Assembly (NCBI RefSeq): GCF_963921235.1
Contig: NW_026948140.1
Location: 434,001 to 498,000 of the forward strand
Origin: Mobula hypostoma
Lineage: Eukaryota
DNA length: 64,000 nt
Direction: 5' to 3'
Below the pieces are notes generated by a model. It searched no databases. It was not told the DNA's origin and was given only the letters and a program-made list of their open reading frames with translations. The position numbers and the translations under genes are program-made. Position 1 is the first letter of the stretch. The number at the start of each line of letters is the position of its first letter. Of this stretch, positions 23,533 through 37,001 are shown one piece after another.

Positions 23533-23859
23533 ATAAATCAATGCTGTATAGCAACCCTTCATCTCACAATGCTAACTTATACCACAATCTGCCCACACAT
23601 TCCCTGCTTGTTCATGTGTTTGTCTAAAAGGTTTCATCAAATACTTTACAGTCTGTTACTCTGTGTTAGAAAAAAACTTATCACACATACTGTATCTCCT
23701 TTAAACATCCCTCCTCTCACCTTAAACCAATGACATTTCCACTCTGGGAAAAAGACTCTGACTATCTGCCTCCACCATTTCAGAAAAATCAACCCTAATT
23801 TGCCCAATCTCTCTTTAGTGCTAATGTTCACTGGTTCAGGCAACATCCTTGTGAATCTG

Positions 23860-24020
23860 GAGAAACTCAGCAGGTTAAGCAGCATCTGTGAAGGAAAAGA
23901 AACTGTCAATGTTTCTGGTTGAAGTTCTGCATCACCCCTTAGATATTGCTTGAGCTGCGGAGTTCCTTGAGCAGATAGTTTCTTGCTCCAGATTCTAGTA
24001 CTTGCAGTCTCTGATGTCTC
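23860..24020. mobile_element. Old degenerate Penelope foldback remnant
   Basis: aactcagcaggttaagcagcatctgtg...tgtcaatgtttc followed by an inverted tgctt...gagttcctt...ccagattctagtacttgcag tail. Confidence 0.5.
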
Positions 24021-24429
24021 CATCCTGGTGTCCATGTTCTGCACTTGCTCCGAAAGTGCTGCAAACAGTGAGGCGGCAGGCGGAAGCAAAGATAGTCTGG
24101 GGATGAACTGTGCTGGGCATTGCAAGGCTCAACGTGTTCAGGGCCCCAGATTTGCAGACGAAGTTGGTGGTATCACTGCCAGAGATAGAGTGAGCATTTT
24201 GGAGAGGAGTCAACATGGAAGAGTTTTGATGTCTGTCCACCTAACCTGGGTGTGAGGTTGGATAGGTCCAAGCACCAAGTTGTTTTGGTGAGATCAAGAA
24301 CAGCTTCAGGCAGGGCAGCCCAGGCAATTAGGGTGCCTGATTCAGGACCCAGAATGGGGCACTACTCGGTGCTTTGACAAGTGAAATGTCAGCACAGATA
24401 GACTGGAAGCCCAAGTGTCAGGTACGAAG

Positions 24430-24772
24430 GTGAGGCTCGAGCTTGTTCTGCTCACTCACTTGCGAATATTCATTCCTTTCTCCATGGCGAATTGGGCGGC
24501 TCTGTATTTCTGCTCTGCTGAAACACACAGCCTGCCTCTTCTCCCACCTTCCCTTCTGAGTCACAGAAGCAGACAGTGCCAGAGACTTGCCGACTACAAC
24601 TTTTCTGTGTTAGGTCATCCCCCCATCCTCCACCGTTATCCAAAGTAATACATCTGTTGTTGAGGGGGATGGCCACAGGGATATTCTGCAATGGCTCCTT
24701 AATTCCTTTCCCCTTCCTCACTGTCCTGCACCTTGAGGAGTAACTACCTCTCTATATATCCTATTTATCACC
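24430..24772 (-). mobile_element. CR1 ORF1 fragment
   Basis: ORF 24470..24721 contains PVAIPLNNR.ITLD, homologous to ORF1 near 5935-5980. Confidence 0.7.
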
Positions 24773-24774
24773 CC

Positions 24775-25046
24775 GGTACAGGGTACTGGTGAGGCCGCAC
24801 CTGGAGTACTGGATGCAGTTCTGGTTCCTTACTTGAAGAAGGATATACTGACTTTGGAGGTGGTACAGATGAGGGGGTTAGACCATGAGGAGAGATTGAA
24901 TCATCTGGGACTGTACTCACAGGAATTCAGAAGAATAAGAGGAGATCTTATAGAAACATATAAAATTATGAAAAGGATAGGTAAGATAGAGGCAGGAAAG
25001 TTGTTTCCACTGGTAGGTGAGACTAGAAATAAGGGATATAGCCTCA
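24775..25046 (+). mobile_element. CR1 ORF2 3' fragment
   Basis: LVRPHLEY, RIRGDLIETYKIM. Confidence 0.8.
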
Positions 25047-25473
25047 ACTTCACAGTCATCTTCACAGTTATCAACTTCTTCTAATCTACAAGATTATTTT
25101 GTCTGAATCAATCTACCAAACAGAAGTCCCAGTGCTGATCACTGTGGAGCATCACAGGTCATACACACCCCTCCACTCCATCTTCTATACCAAGCCAGTC
25201 TTGAATTCCATCTCCCAAAGTCTCCATGAGGACATTATATGAGGTCATTCTTACCTTCAACCATTAGGCTCTATAATGAACCTATAGCCAGGAAAGTGAT
25301 GACCCCCTCCTGTTAGACTGTTATTAACCTCTGTTTACCAGAGCTCTGTTTAAGTTCTTTTTATCTCGGTTTACCACACCCAGCTATCACAGACACACTG
25401 TGCAATACTACCATCACTTTTTATCTGGACAGTGTGACTATGCACCCATTACTGTATAATATTATGGTAATTC

Positions 25474-27195
25474 TTGCACCACCATCTCTCCACCAACAAC
25501 ACAAACAGCTTATGGCAAGGACTGCACACCATCACAGGCTTCAAAGCTAAGCACAGTGGTGCTACGAACATCACTGCCTCTCTCCTAGATGAGCTAAATC
25601 TTTCTCACGCTCAGTTCGATGTCACCAACACTGAGCCCCTGAGGAGAGCCGCCAAAATGACCGGCACCTTGGTCATCTCTGAGGCTGAAGTAAGCAGGTG
25701 TTTCCAACGGGTGGGCAGTCCCAAGGCAGCAGGACCAGACGGCATATCAGGGCGAGTACTCAGGATGTGCGCAGCACAACTGGCAGGTTGTTTGCAGATA
25801 TTTTTAATCTCTCCCTCTCCAGTGTAGAGGGCCATCCTGCTTCAAAACATCCACCATTGTTCTTGTACCTAAAAAGGCCAAGGTAACATGTCTGAATGAC
25901 TGGATCCTGTCGCACTCACATCAATAATAAGAAAATGCTTTGAGATGCTGGTCAAGGACTACATCTGCAGCATACTACCACCCTCACTGGACCCTTTACA
26001 ATTTGCCTACTGATGTAACTGATCAACAAGTGACACATTAGCCACAGCTCTACACACCGTCCTTACTCATCTGGATAAGAAGGATGCTTATGTGAGAATG
26101 TTGTTCTTAGACTACAGTTCAGCATTCAACACAATAATTCCCTCCAGGCTCGACAAGAAGCTCAGAGACCTCGGTCTTCACCCTGCCTTGTGTAGCTGGT
26201 TCCTGGACTTCCTGTCAGATCACCGGCAGGTGATAAGAGTGGGCTCCCTCACCTCTGCCCCTCTGACGCTCAACACAGGAACCTGCCAGGGCTGTGTTCT
26301 AAGTCCCTCCTTTACTCTCTGTACACTCATGACTGTGGCGCCACCCACAGCTCCAATCTGTTAATTAAATTTGCTGACAACATTACACTGATTGGCCTAA
26401 TCTCAAATAATAATGAGGCAGCCTACAGAGAAGAAGTCATCACCCTGACACAGTGGTGTCAAAGAAACAATCTCTCCCTCAATGTCGCAAAAACAAAGGA
26501 GCTGGTTGTGGATTACAGAAGGAATGGAAACAAGCTAAACCCCTATTGACATCAATGGATCTATGGTTGAGAAGGTGAACAGCTTTAAATTCCTCAGCAT
26601 ACACATCACCAAGGATCTCACATAGTCTGTACATACTGGCTGTGTGGCGAAAAAAAAGCACAACAGCGCCTCTTTCACCTTAGACACTTGAAGAAGTTTG
26701 ATATGGGTCCCCAAATTTGAAGGACTTTCTACAAGGGCTCAGTTGAGAGGATCCTGACTGGCTGCATCATTGCCTGGTATGGGAACTGTACCTCCCTTAA
26801 TCGCAGGAATCTGCAGAGAGTGGTGCAGATAAGCCCAGTGCATCTGTAGATGTGAACTTCCCACTATTCAGGACATTTACAGAGGCAGGTGTGTAAAAAA
26901 AGGGCCTGGAGGATCATTAGGGACCCGGGTCACCCCAACCACGAACTGTCCAGCTGCTACCATCCAGAAAACAGTACCACAGCATAAAGGCCAGGCCCGA
27001 CAGGCTCCGGGGACAGCTTCTTCCACCAGGCCATCACAACTATATTTCTATGTTATATTGACTATCCTATTGTACATAATATTTATTATAAATTACTATG
27101 ATTGCACATTGCACATTTAGACGGAGATGTAACGTAAAGATTTTTACTCCTCATGTAGGTGAAGGATGTAAGAAATAAAGTCAACTCAATTCAAT
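25474..27195 (+). mobile_element. Rex1/Babar-clade LINE, 5'-truncated and degenerate
   Basis: LWQGLHTITGFK, KAAGPDGI, RMLFLDYSSAFNTI, QGCVLSP, TKELVVDYR; aataaagtcaa(c/t)tcaattcaa tail. Confidence 0.88.
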
Positions 27196-27389
27196 CAGTG
27201 TGAACTTGTAAATCTTGTAATCTTTGACTTGTAAATCTTGTACACTGTATCTATTTTTAAGGTAACAATTTTTTAATTCTTTCTTACTTCCCTTCTAATA
27301 ATTGCATATCTGTGCACTTGTAATACTACTGTGACAGTGTAATTTCCTCTGGGATGAAAAAAGTATCTATCTTTCTACCTATCCATCTG

Positions 27390-29024
27390 CAGGCCTACTA
27401 CATATGTTTTGTGATATTGCAGATGAACAAGACCAAAAATGATCAGATCCAGAGGAGATCAAAGTTCTTATTGACAGTGTTTTGCTAGCTGTTAAAATAA
27501 ATACTTTTATACATTCAATTCTACACATTAATGAACAATGGAAAAGTATGCTCAAATCCCAGACAGCTGGAGAAGTAAAAATTATGTGTTTGAATTTCTT
27601 GACGTTATCAACAGTATTGTTCAAAGAGCCATGTTTGAAGAAATAGCATCAGCAGATTTTCGCACTTTAATAGTGGATGTCTCATTCTGTACTTCAAATT
27701 CAGATCTAAAAGCTGTACTATGTATAAAACAATGTATTTTGGTGGAATAGTTCTGCTGAAGGTGTTTGATGCTTCTTCCATCGTATTGACAAAGAGTTTT
27801 ATGAAAAGAACCAACTTGACCTCCATAAAAAGGCCAATTTCACATCTGATCGAGCATAAATGACGTTGGGCAATGTAAATCGTGTTGCAGCACAACTGAA
27901 ACAGGATATCCCACACTTAGTTCAACAACACCGTGAAGATCTAGGAATCTGTGATGCATGGAAAGAGGTCAAGTTAATATGCGACATCGAAACTTTGATT
28001 AGAACAATCTATGTGGTGTTATCTCAATCTTCAATGAAAAGATGCACATTTAAAGAAATTGCTAAAAGCCTCTGAAAATAAGCTGTTGCTTTCAGAACAC
28101 TGAATAAAGTGAGAAGGCTATCTAAACACTTTGCACTGCAGGCAATCATAAACAATTATGAGGAATTGATTGCTTAATTTGAGGAATTTTAGTTAAATAC
28201 ACTGTGGCAAAACACTGTCACGGGAATTGATAAACAGTGAATACAAAATAGCTTTAGGGGTGTTAAATTATGTACTTGAAGAGCTGGCTTCATTGTGCAA
28301 GACTGAAAAAAAGTGACTTAACACTGATTAATGCATTTCAACTTGCACGAAGCAAAAATAACAAGATAAGAAAGCAGTATCTGGGAGACAGTGCGTGTTG
28401 GAGTGAGAAAATTAAAGTTTTGCTAAACCAAAGTCACAACAAAAATGTGATGGTAGATACAAATTCCCTGTGGACCTTTATAAACTTCCTCTGTGTTCAC
28501 TTAGAAGCTAGAGGTTTCCTGAGGATGAGGTACAAGATTGAACAGCTTTTGATTTTTCCATGCTTGCAGACTGGGACTTCAATTTTGGCAAAACCAAGTC
28601 AGTGCCTTGTGCGGAAAATATTGTCATTTTCTGTCATAGTTAAGCACTACAATGACTTCAAACAAAAATACTGTCATAGTTAAGAAGTACAATGACTTCA
28701 AATTTGCTATACAGAAAAAAAATAAATCCAAACTAATTACCAACTTTTCTGAAATGGTAACATCTGAACTTCAAAATGAAGAGTTTTGTGACCTTGCAAA
28801 AGCTGATAGACATTGGTGGAACCTTTCTTACAACTAGTGCTGCCTGTAAAACAGGTTTTAGCTTAATGACTCAAATCAAAAACAAACTGAAAAACTGTTT
28901 AAGTGAGTGCCATTTGGACATGCTGATGAGAATTCAAAGATCTCTGTTGGAAGGAGGATGTAGTAGCTTTGACAGAGTTTGCAAAGAATGGGTAAATGCC
29001 AAAGACATGAGGAGAAAAAAATGA
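27390..29024 (+). pseudogene. Fossil hAT-superfamily (ZNF862-like) transposase
   Basis: AT-rich fragments: TLIVD; SD.A.MTLG..NRVAAQLK..IPHLVQQH(CVAH lost)REDL; VRRLS (RWLS-like); C-terminal TSAACKTGFSLM..IK..LKN.L....LDMLMRI dimerisation motif. Many stops; TIRs not found. Confidence 0.75.
28631..28702. repeat. 40-bp-period tandem duplication inside the hAT fossil
   Basis: ctgtcatagttaag(cac/aag)tacaatgacttcaaa occurs twice. Confidence 0.8.
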
Positions 29025-29174
29025 CTAAGCACCTTAAATAAGTTCATCATCTTGTCAACTTTATGTTTCTTAAGTAATTGAGCTACAAATTCTGTGCTGT
29101 ATGCAAATAAAATACCTATCTGGATATTGTGTCAACTAACCTTGTAATTTTATAAGTTTTGTTTGACCATTTCA

Positions 29175-30235
29175 TAGAACGTAATAATTTACAGCACATT
29201 ACAGTCCCTTCAGCCCACAATGTTGTGCCGACCATGTAACCTACTCTAGAAATTACCTAGAATTTCCCTACCGCATAGCCCTCTATTTTTCTAAGCTCCA
29301 TGTACCTATCTAAGAGTCTCCTAAAAGCCCTATTGTATTTGGCTCCACCACCATTGCCGGCAGTGAATTCCACTCACCTACCACTTTCTGTGTGAAAAAC
29401 TTACCTCTGACATCCCCTCTGTACCTATTTCCAAGCACCCTAAAAGTATGGCCCATCATGTTAGCCATTTCAGTCCTGGGGAAAAGCCTCTGGCTATCCA
29501 CATGATCAATGCCTCTAATCATCTTATATACATCTATCAGTTCACCACTCATCCTCCGTCGCTCCAAGGAGAAAAGGCCAAGTTCACTCAACCTATTCTC
29601 ATAAGGCATGCTCTCCAATCCCGGCAACATCCCTGTAAATCTCCTCTGCAATCTCTCTATAGTAAGCACATGCTTCCTTCCTTCCTTCCTGCATCCAACA
29701 TCCTTCCTGTAGTGAGGTGACCAGAACTGAATACAGTACTCCAAGTAGGGTCTAACTAAGGTCTTAATAGCTTTAACATTACTTCATGGCTCTTGAACTC
29801 AATCCCACAGTTGATGAATGCCATCACACCATATGCCTTCTTAACAACACTGTCAACCTGCACAGCAGCTTTGAATGTCCTATGGACACAGACCCCCAAG
29901 ATCTCATTGATCCTCCACATTGCTAAGAGTCTTACCATTAATATTATATTCTTTCTTCAAATTTGACCTACCAAAATGAATCACTTCACACTTATCTGGG
30001 TTGAGTTCCATCTGCCACTTCTCAGCCCAGTTCTGCATCCTATCGATGTCCCACTGTAACCTCTGACACCTCCAGACTATCCACAACAATCCCAGCCTTT
30101 GTGTCATCAGCAAATTCACTAACCTACCCTTTTACTTTCTCATTCAGGTCACTTATAAAAAACACGAAAAGTAAGGGGTCGCAGAACAGGTCCCTGCGGA
30201 ACACCACTGGTCACCAGCCTCCATGCAGAATGTTG
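29175..30235 (-). mobile_element. CR1 LINE 3' fragment
   Basis: ORFs 29904..30119, 29756..29938, 29310..29744. Confidence 0.88.
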
Positions 30236-30319
30236 ACTACCTCAATGTTTCTATTGGCCATATTCATTGTAACAACCTACACCCACCCCGCCCACCACCA
30301 AATTAACACGATGCTGTAA

Positions 30320-30773
30320 CTAACATCTAATCCTAACTTTGTCATCAAACCGCCAAAAGGTAATCTTGTTGAAGTTTGATGAACTGGCCTGTACAAAGCT
30401 GAGGCTAACTCTCTTTCCTTATCTTTGATCAGACCATGGTCCCATTACTGAACAACAAGCATTGTCCCCAGATCTAATTTCCTAAGATGTCTTCTTTCCA
30501 CAGCCCCGGGGTCTCTTGGACACATAGAGCCTGCAGGTACACTCATCCGAAGATTCATAACCAGGACAGTCCTGAACCATTAGTTCAAAGTGCTTTTACT
30601 TCATGAAATTTATTTCTTCCTTCCTTGATTCTGTTCTTTTTCGACTTGTCCAGTCTCCTCCCATTCAAATTCATAACACCACTGATGTCCTCTGGCACTT
30701 TTAAACTTACCACTTTCTTGGTTGCAGCTGGGTAATTTTCACCATGGACATCAAATCCCTCTCCACAAACATT
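30320..30773 (+). pseudogene. Fossil Penelope-type reverse transcriptase fragment
   Basis: Hand translation gives NPNFVIKP (IKPADKG-like), PKIH...PLV (PKIHK..RPIVS-like) and [13 protein letters not shown] (FTMDVxSLYT motif), in the expected order. Confidence 0.7.
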
Positions 30774-31668
30774 GCACCTGGGCAACATAAGCACCTACGT
30801 CTGGATGTTGTTCATCGACTTTTGCTCAGCATTTAATACCATCATTGCTACAATCCTGATTGGGAAGTTACAGAACCTGGGCCTCTGTACCTCCCTCTGC
30901 AATTGGATCCTCGACTTCCTAACCAGACGACCACAATCTGTGCAAATTGGTGATAACATGTCTTCCTCGCTGACGATCAACACTGGCGCACCTCAGGGGT
31001 GTGTGTTTAGCCAACTGCTCTACTCTCTATATACAAATGACTGTATTGCTAGGCATAGCTTAAATACCATCTATAAATTTGCTGATAATACAAACATTGT
31101 TGGCAGAATCTCAGGTGGTGATGAGAGGGCATACAGGAGTGAGATATGCCAACTAGTGGAGTGGTGCCATAGCAACAACATGGCACTCAACATCAGTAAG
31201 ACAAAAAAGCTGATTGTAGACTTCAGGAAGGGTAAGACAAAGGAACACATACCAATTCCCATAAGAAATGGAGAGAGTGAGAAATTTCAAGTTCCTGGGT
31301 GTCAAGATCTCTGAGGACCTAACCTGGTCCCAACATATCGATGTAGTAATAAAGAAGGCAAGACAGTGGCTATACTTCATTAGGAGTTTGAAGAGATTTG
31401 GTATGTCAACAGATACACTCAAAAACTTCTGTAGATGTACTGTGGAGAGCATTCTGACAGGCTACATCACTGTCTGGTATGGGGGGTGGGGGGGCTGCTA
31501 CTGAGCAGGACCGAAATAAGCTGCAGAGGGTTATAAATCTAGTCAGCTCCATCTTGGGTACTAGCCTACAAAGCATCCAGCACATCTTCAGGGAGTGGTA
31601 TCTCAGAAAGGCCGCATCAATTATTAAGGACCTCCAGCACCCAGTAAATGCCCTTTTCTCACTGTTAC
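30774..31668 (+). mobile_element. Rex1/Babar-clade LINE fragment
   Basis: ORF 30772..31314 ([26 protein letters not shown]); same family as 61807-63155. Confidence 0.9.
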
Positions 31669-32975
31669 CTGGTGGATTCAGAATTGGCTTGCCTGCAGAA
31701 GGCAGAAGGTCGTGGTGGAGGGAGTACATTCGGATTGGAGGATTGTGACTAATGGTGTTCCACAAGGATCGGTTCTGGGACCTCTACTTTTCGTGATTTT
31801 TATTAACGACCTCGATGTGGGGATAAAAGGGTTGGTTGGCAAGTTTGAAGATGACACAAATGTTGGCGGTGTTGTAGACCGTGTAGAGGATTGTCGAAGA
31901 TTACAGAGAGACATTGATAGGTTGCAGAAGTGGGCTGAGAAGTAGTAGATGGATTTCAACCTGGAGAAGTGTGAGGTGGTACACTTTGGAAGGACAAACT
32001 CCAAGGCAGAGTACAAAGTAAATGGCAGGATACTTGGTAGTGTGGAAGAGCAGAGGGATCTGGAGGTACGTGTCCACAGATCCCTGAAAGTTGCCTCACA
32101 GGTGGATAGGGTAGTTAAGAAAGCTTATGGGGTGTTAGCTTTCATAAGTCTAGGGATAGAGTTTAAGAGTCGCGAGGTAATGATGCAGCTCTGTAAAACT
32201 CTGGTTAGGCCACACTTGGAGTACTGTGTCCAGTTCTGGTCACCTCACTATAGGAAGGATGTGGAAGCATTGGAAAGGGCACAGAGGAGATTTACCAGGA
32301 TGCTGCCTGGTTTAGAGAGTATGGATTATGATCAGAGATTAAGGGAGCTAAAGCTTTACTCTTTGGAGAGAAGGAGAATTTTTTTAGTCAGAGGGTGGTG
32401 AATCTATGGAATTTGTTGCCACGGACAGCAGTGGAGGCCAAGTCATTGGGTGTATTTAAGGCAGAGATTGATAGGTATCTGAGTAGCCAGGGCATCAAAG
32501 GTTATGGTGAGAAGACGATGGAGTGGGACTAAATGGGAGCTCATGATAAAATGGCGGAGCAGACTTGATGGGCCAAATGGCCGACTTCTGCTCCTTTGTC
32601 TTATGGTCTTATGGTCTTATGAGAGGAGACATGATAGAGGTATACAAGATATTAAGAGGAATAGATAGAGTGGATAGCCAGCGCCTCTTCCCCAGGGCAC
32701 CACTGCTCAATACAAGAGAACATGACTTTAAGGTAAGGGGTGGGAAGTTCAAGGGAGATATTAGAGGAAGGTTTTTTACTCAGAGAGGGGTTGGTGCGTG
32801 GAATGCACTGCCTGAGTCAGTGGTGGAGGCAGATACACTAGTGAGGTTTAAGAGACTACTAGAGAGGTATATGGAGGAATTTAAGGTGGGGGTTTATATG
32901 GGAGGCAGGGTTTGAGGGTCAGCACAACATTGTGGGCTGAAGGGCCTGTACCATGCTGTACCATTCTATGTTCTA
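31669..32975 (+). mobile_element. 5'-truncated CR1 (same family as 5049-9524) with a nested CR1 3' end at about 32377-32618
   Basis: ORFs 31712..31945, 31949..32401, 32565..32915. The nested piece ends in (TCTTATGG)n. Confidence 0.9.
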
Positions 32976-33299
32976 TCCTATGATTCATCATTACATTCAT
33001 TCATTTGTTTGAATGATGTATCTATCTTTTCTTTGGAGAGTCAGAATTTTGGTGAGGGGAGGTCAAATTATAAAAGACTTAGACAGTCAGTCTTTTTTCC
33101 TAGTGTGAAAATGTTTAAAGTGAAGCAAGTTTTTAAAACAGAATTTAGGGACCTCAAACACTCAACAAGCAGAGATAGTATAAGCAGACACAACAACAAT
33201 GTTTAGACAGATCCTGAACATACAGGATGATGGGATGTAGACAATGTGCAGGTAGGTTTGTTAGAGTGACATCATGGTTGGTACAGAACTTCAGAATTT

Positions 33300-33940
33300 G
33301 ACGGTGCTGCATGGTGCAACTGGGTGTTGAACTTTCTAACCAACCAGCCTCAGATAGTCAGGATGCACAACTACAACTCCTTCCTTATTATCCTCAATGG
33401 TAAGACAGCCTACAGAGAGAGGGTAGAAGAGCTCGAGGCCTGATGTCAGGCAAATAACCTCTTCCTCTGTCACAGAAAAGGACCATCCGTCATCAGGGTG
33501 TACTGCCACCAAGGACATGCTCTCTTCTCACTAATGCCAACTGGAAGGAGGTACAGGAGCCTTGGAACTCACACCACCAGGTTCAGGAACAGTTATTACC
33601 CCTCAAACATAGGGTTCTTGAACCAAATGGAATAACTTCACTCAACTTCACTTGCCTCACTGAAATATTCTCACAACCTATGGACTCAATTTCAAGGAAT
33701 CTTCATCTCATGATATTTATTGCTTATTGATTATTATTATAATTTCTTTATTTTTGTATTTGCATAGTTTGTCTTTTCCACACCGGTTGAACACCCCAGT
33801 TGGCGTGGTCTTACCTTGACTCTATGTTGATTATTATTCTATTATGGTTTTATTGAGAATGCCCACAAAAAAACTGAATCTCAGGTTGCATATGGTGACA
33901 TATATGTACTTTAATTAAAAATATACTTTGAACTTTGAAG
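33300..33940 (+). mobile_element. Highly deleted Rex1/Babar remnant with 3' UTR
   Basis: ggaaggaggtacaggagcc...cacaccaccaggttcaggaacag; 3' UTR resembles 21140-21435. Confidence 0.65.
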
Positions 33941-36900
33941 AAAGGAGATGGTCCTTGACTTCAGGAGAACTTGCAGCACAACATTATCGGCACAACAGTG
34001 GGAGTTGCAAGCAGTTTCAAATCCTGGGAGCGCACTGCCATCTTACCGGAAGTAACAAATATTTTGTTCCTCCTTAGACTTGTGTAGTGGAAATGACATT
34101 AAACAATCTTGAATCCTGTATGTTTTCTGTGTCACGTGAGTTTGATAAAGATAGGGTCAATGGACCTGAAGGAATGTAGTGGGATGAATGGTCTGTTTCT
34201 CTAGGATGGGATTCACCTGAAAACCATCAGAATGGGAAATGCAGAAGTGCAGTTCTAAACTTGATATTGGGAGTTAGTGACTGGGAACTGAACTGCAGTG
34301 ATGGAGGAAAGAGAGGTTGGCTCACAAATAGAGAATGCTTGGAGACAGTGTGAAAGGGAGGATCGGCAGGTGATATAGAAGGGACGCGTTCAGTCCAATG
34401 ATTTAAAATGTGTCTATTTTAATGCGAATAGTATGAATAAAGCGGATGAGTTTAGAGCGTGGATCAGCACTTGGAGCTATGATGCTGTGGCCATTACAAA
34501 GACTTGGATGGTGCAGGGGCACAAATGGCTACTTCAAGTGCCAGGCTTGAGATGTTTCAGAAAAGATATGAAGGGAGGCAAAAGAGGTGGGGGTGTGGCA
34601 CTGTTGATCAGAGATAGTGTCACGACTGCAGAAAAGGAGGAACTCATGGAGGGGTTATCTATGTAGTCTCTGTCGGTGGAAGTTAGGAATAGGAAGGGGT
34701 CAATAATTCAAATGGATGTTTTTTATAGACCACCCAATAGTAACATGGACATCAAGGAGCAGATAGGGAGACAGATTCTGGAAAGGAGTAACAATAACAG
34801 GGTTGTTGTGGTGGGAGATTTTAATTTCCCCAATATTGATTGGCATCTCCCTAGAGTGAGGGGTTTAGATGGGGTGGAGTTTGTTAGGTGTGTTCAGGAA
34901 GGTTTCTTGACACAACATGCAGATAAGCCTACAAGAGGAGAGGCTGTACTTGATCTGGTATTGGGAAATGAACCTGGTCAGGTCAGGTCTCTCAGTGAGA
35001 GAGCATTTTGGAGATAGTGATCATAATTCTATCTCCTTTACCATAACATTAGATAGGGATAGGAACAGACAAGTTAGGGAAACATTTAATTGGAGAAAGG
35101 GGAAATATGAGGATATCAGGCAGGAACATGGAAGTATAGATTGGAAACAGATGTTCTCAGGGAAACGTACAGAAGAAATGTGACAAATGTTCAGGGGATA
35201 TTTGCATGGGGTTCTGAGTACGTACGTTCCAGTGAGACATGGAAAGGATGGTAGATATACAAAGGCTTTTGTAAATCTAGTCAAGAAGAAAAGAAAAGCT
35301 TACAAAAGGTTCAAAAAACTAGATAATGATAGGAATCTAGAAGATTGTAAGTCTAGCAGGAAGGATGAAATTAGGAGAGCCAGAAGGAGCCATGAGAAGG
35401 CATTGGCAGACAGGATTAAGGAAAACCCCAAGGCATTCTACAAGTATGTGAAGAGCAAGAGGATAAGATGTGAGAGAATAGGACCAATCAAGTGTGACAA
35501 TGAAAAAGTGTGTAGGGAACGGGAGAAAATAGCGGCGGTACTTAATGAATACTTTGCTTCAGTATTCACTGTAGGAAAGGATCTTGGCAATTGTAGGAAT
35601 AACTTGCAGTGGATTGAAAAGCTTCAGGATGTAGATATTAAGGAAGAGGATGCACTGGAGCTTTTGGAAAGCATCAAGTTGGATAAGTCACCAGGACCGG
35701 ATGGGATGTACCCCAGGCTACTGTGGGAAGTGAGGAAGGAGATTGCTGAGCCTCTGGCAATGATCTTTGCATCATCAATGAGGACAGGAGAAGTTCCAAA
35801 GGATTGGAGGGTTGCAGATGTTGTTCCTTTATTCAATAAAGGGAGTAGGGATAGCCAAGAAATTATAGGCCAGTGAGTCTTATTTCAGTGGTTGGTAAGT
35901 TGATGGAGAAGATCCTGAAAGGCAGGATTTATGAACATTTGGTGAGGCATAATATGATTGGGAATAGTCAGCATGGCTTTGTCAAAGGTAGGTTGTGCCT
36001 TACAAGCCTGAATGAATTTTTTGAGGATATGACTAAGCACATTGATGAAGGTAGAGCTGTAAATGTAATGTATATGGATTTCAGCAAGGCATTTGATAAG
36101 GTACCCCATGCAAGGCTTATTGAGAAAGTAAGGAGGCATGGGATCCAAGGGGACTTTGCTTTATGGATCCAGAACTGGTTTGCCCAAAGAAGGCGAAGAG
36201 TGGTTGTAGACGGGTCATATTCTGCTTGGAGGTCGGTGACCAGTGGTGTGCCTCAGGGATCTGTTCTGGGACCCCTACTCTTTGTGATTTTTATAAATGA
36301 CCTGGATGAGGAAGTGGAGGGATGGGTCAGTATATTTGCTGATGGCACAAATGGTTGGGGGTGTTGTGGATAGTGTGGAGGTTTGTCAGAGGTTACAACA
36401 GGACATAGATAGGATGCAAAACTGGGCTGAGAAGTGACAGATGGATTTCAACCCAGATAAATGTGAGGTGGTTCATTTTGGTAGGTCAAATATGATGGCG
36501 GAATGTAGCATTAATGGTAAGACTCTTGGCAGTGTGGAGGATCAGAGGGATCTTGGTGTCCGAGTCCATAGGACACTCAAACCTGTTACGCAGGTTGACT
36601 CCGTGGTTAAGAAGGCATACGGTGCATTGGCCTTCATCAATCATGGGATTGAATTTGAGAGCCAAGAGGTAATGTTACAGCTATATAGGACCCTGGTCAG
36701 ACCCCACTTGGAGTACTGTGCTCAATTCTGGTCACCTCACTACAGAAAGGATGTGTAGCATAGAAAGGGTGTAGCAAAGATTTACAAGGATGTTGCCTGG
36801 ATTGGAGAGTATGCCTTATGCGAACAGGTTGAGTGAACTCAGCCTTTTCTCCTTGGAGCAACAGAGGATGAGAGGTGACCTGATAGATGTGTACAAGATA

Positions 36901-37001
36901 ATGAGAGGCATTGATCGTGTGGATAGTCAGAGACTTTTCCCCAGGGCTAAAATGGCTAGCATGAGAGAGCGTAGTTTTAAGGTGCTTGGAAGTAGGTACA
37001 G

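Noticed and set aside
30585..30794. 69-aa ORF with CxxC as a possible host exon
   Set aside because: It is antisense to a fossil Penelope RT and crosses into a Rex1 fragment.
34200..34300. Possible third ORF1/ORF2 slippery junction (ttctaaac near 34253-34260)
   Set aside because: Too degenerate to establish homology or frame.
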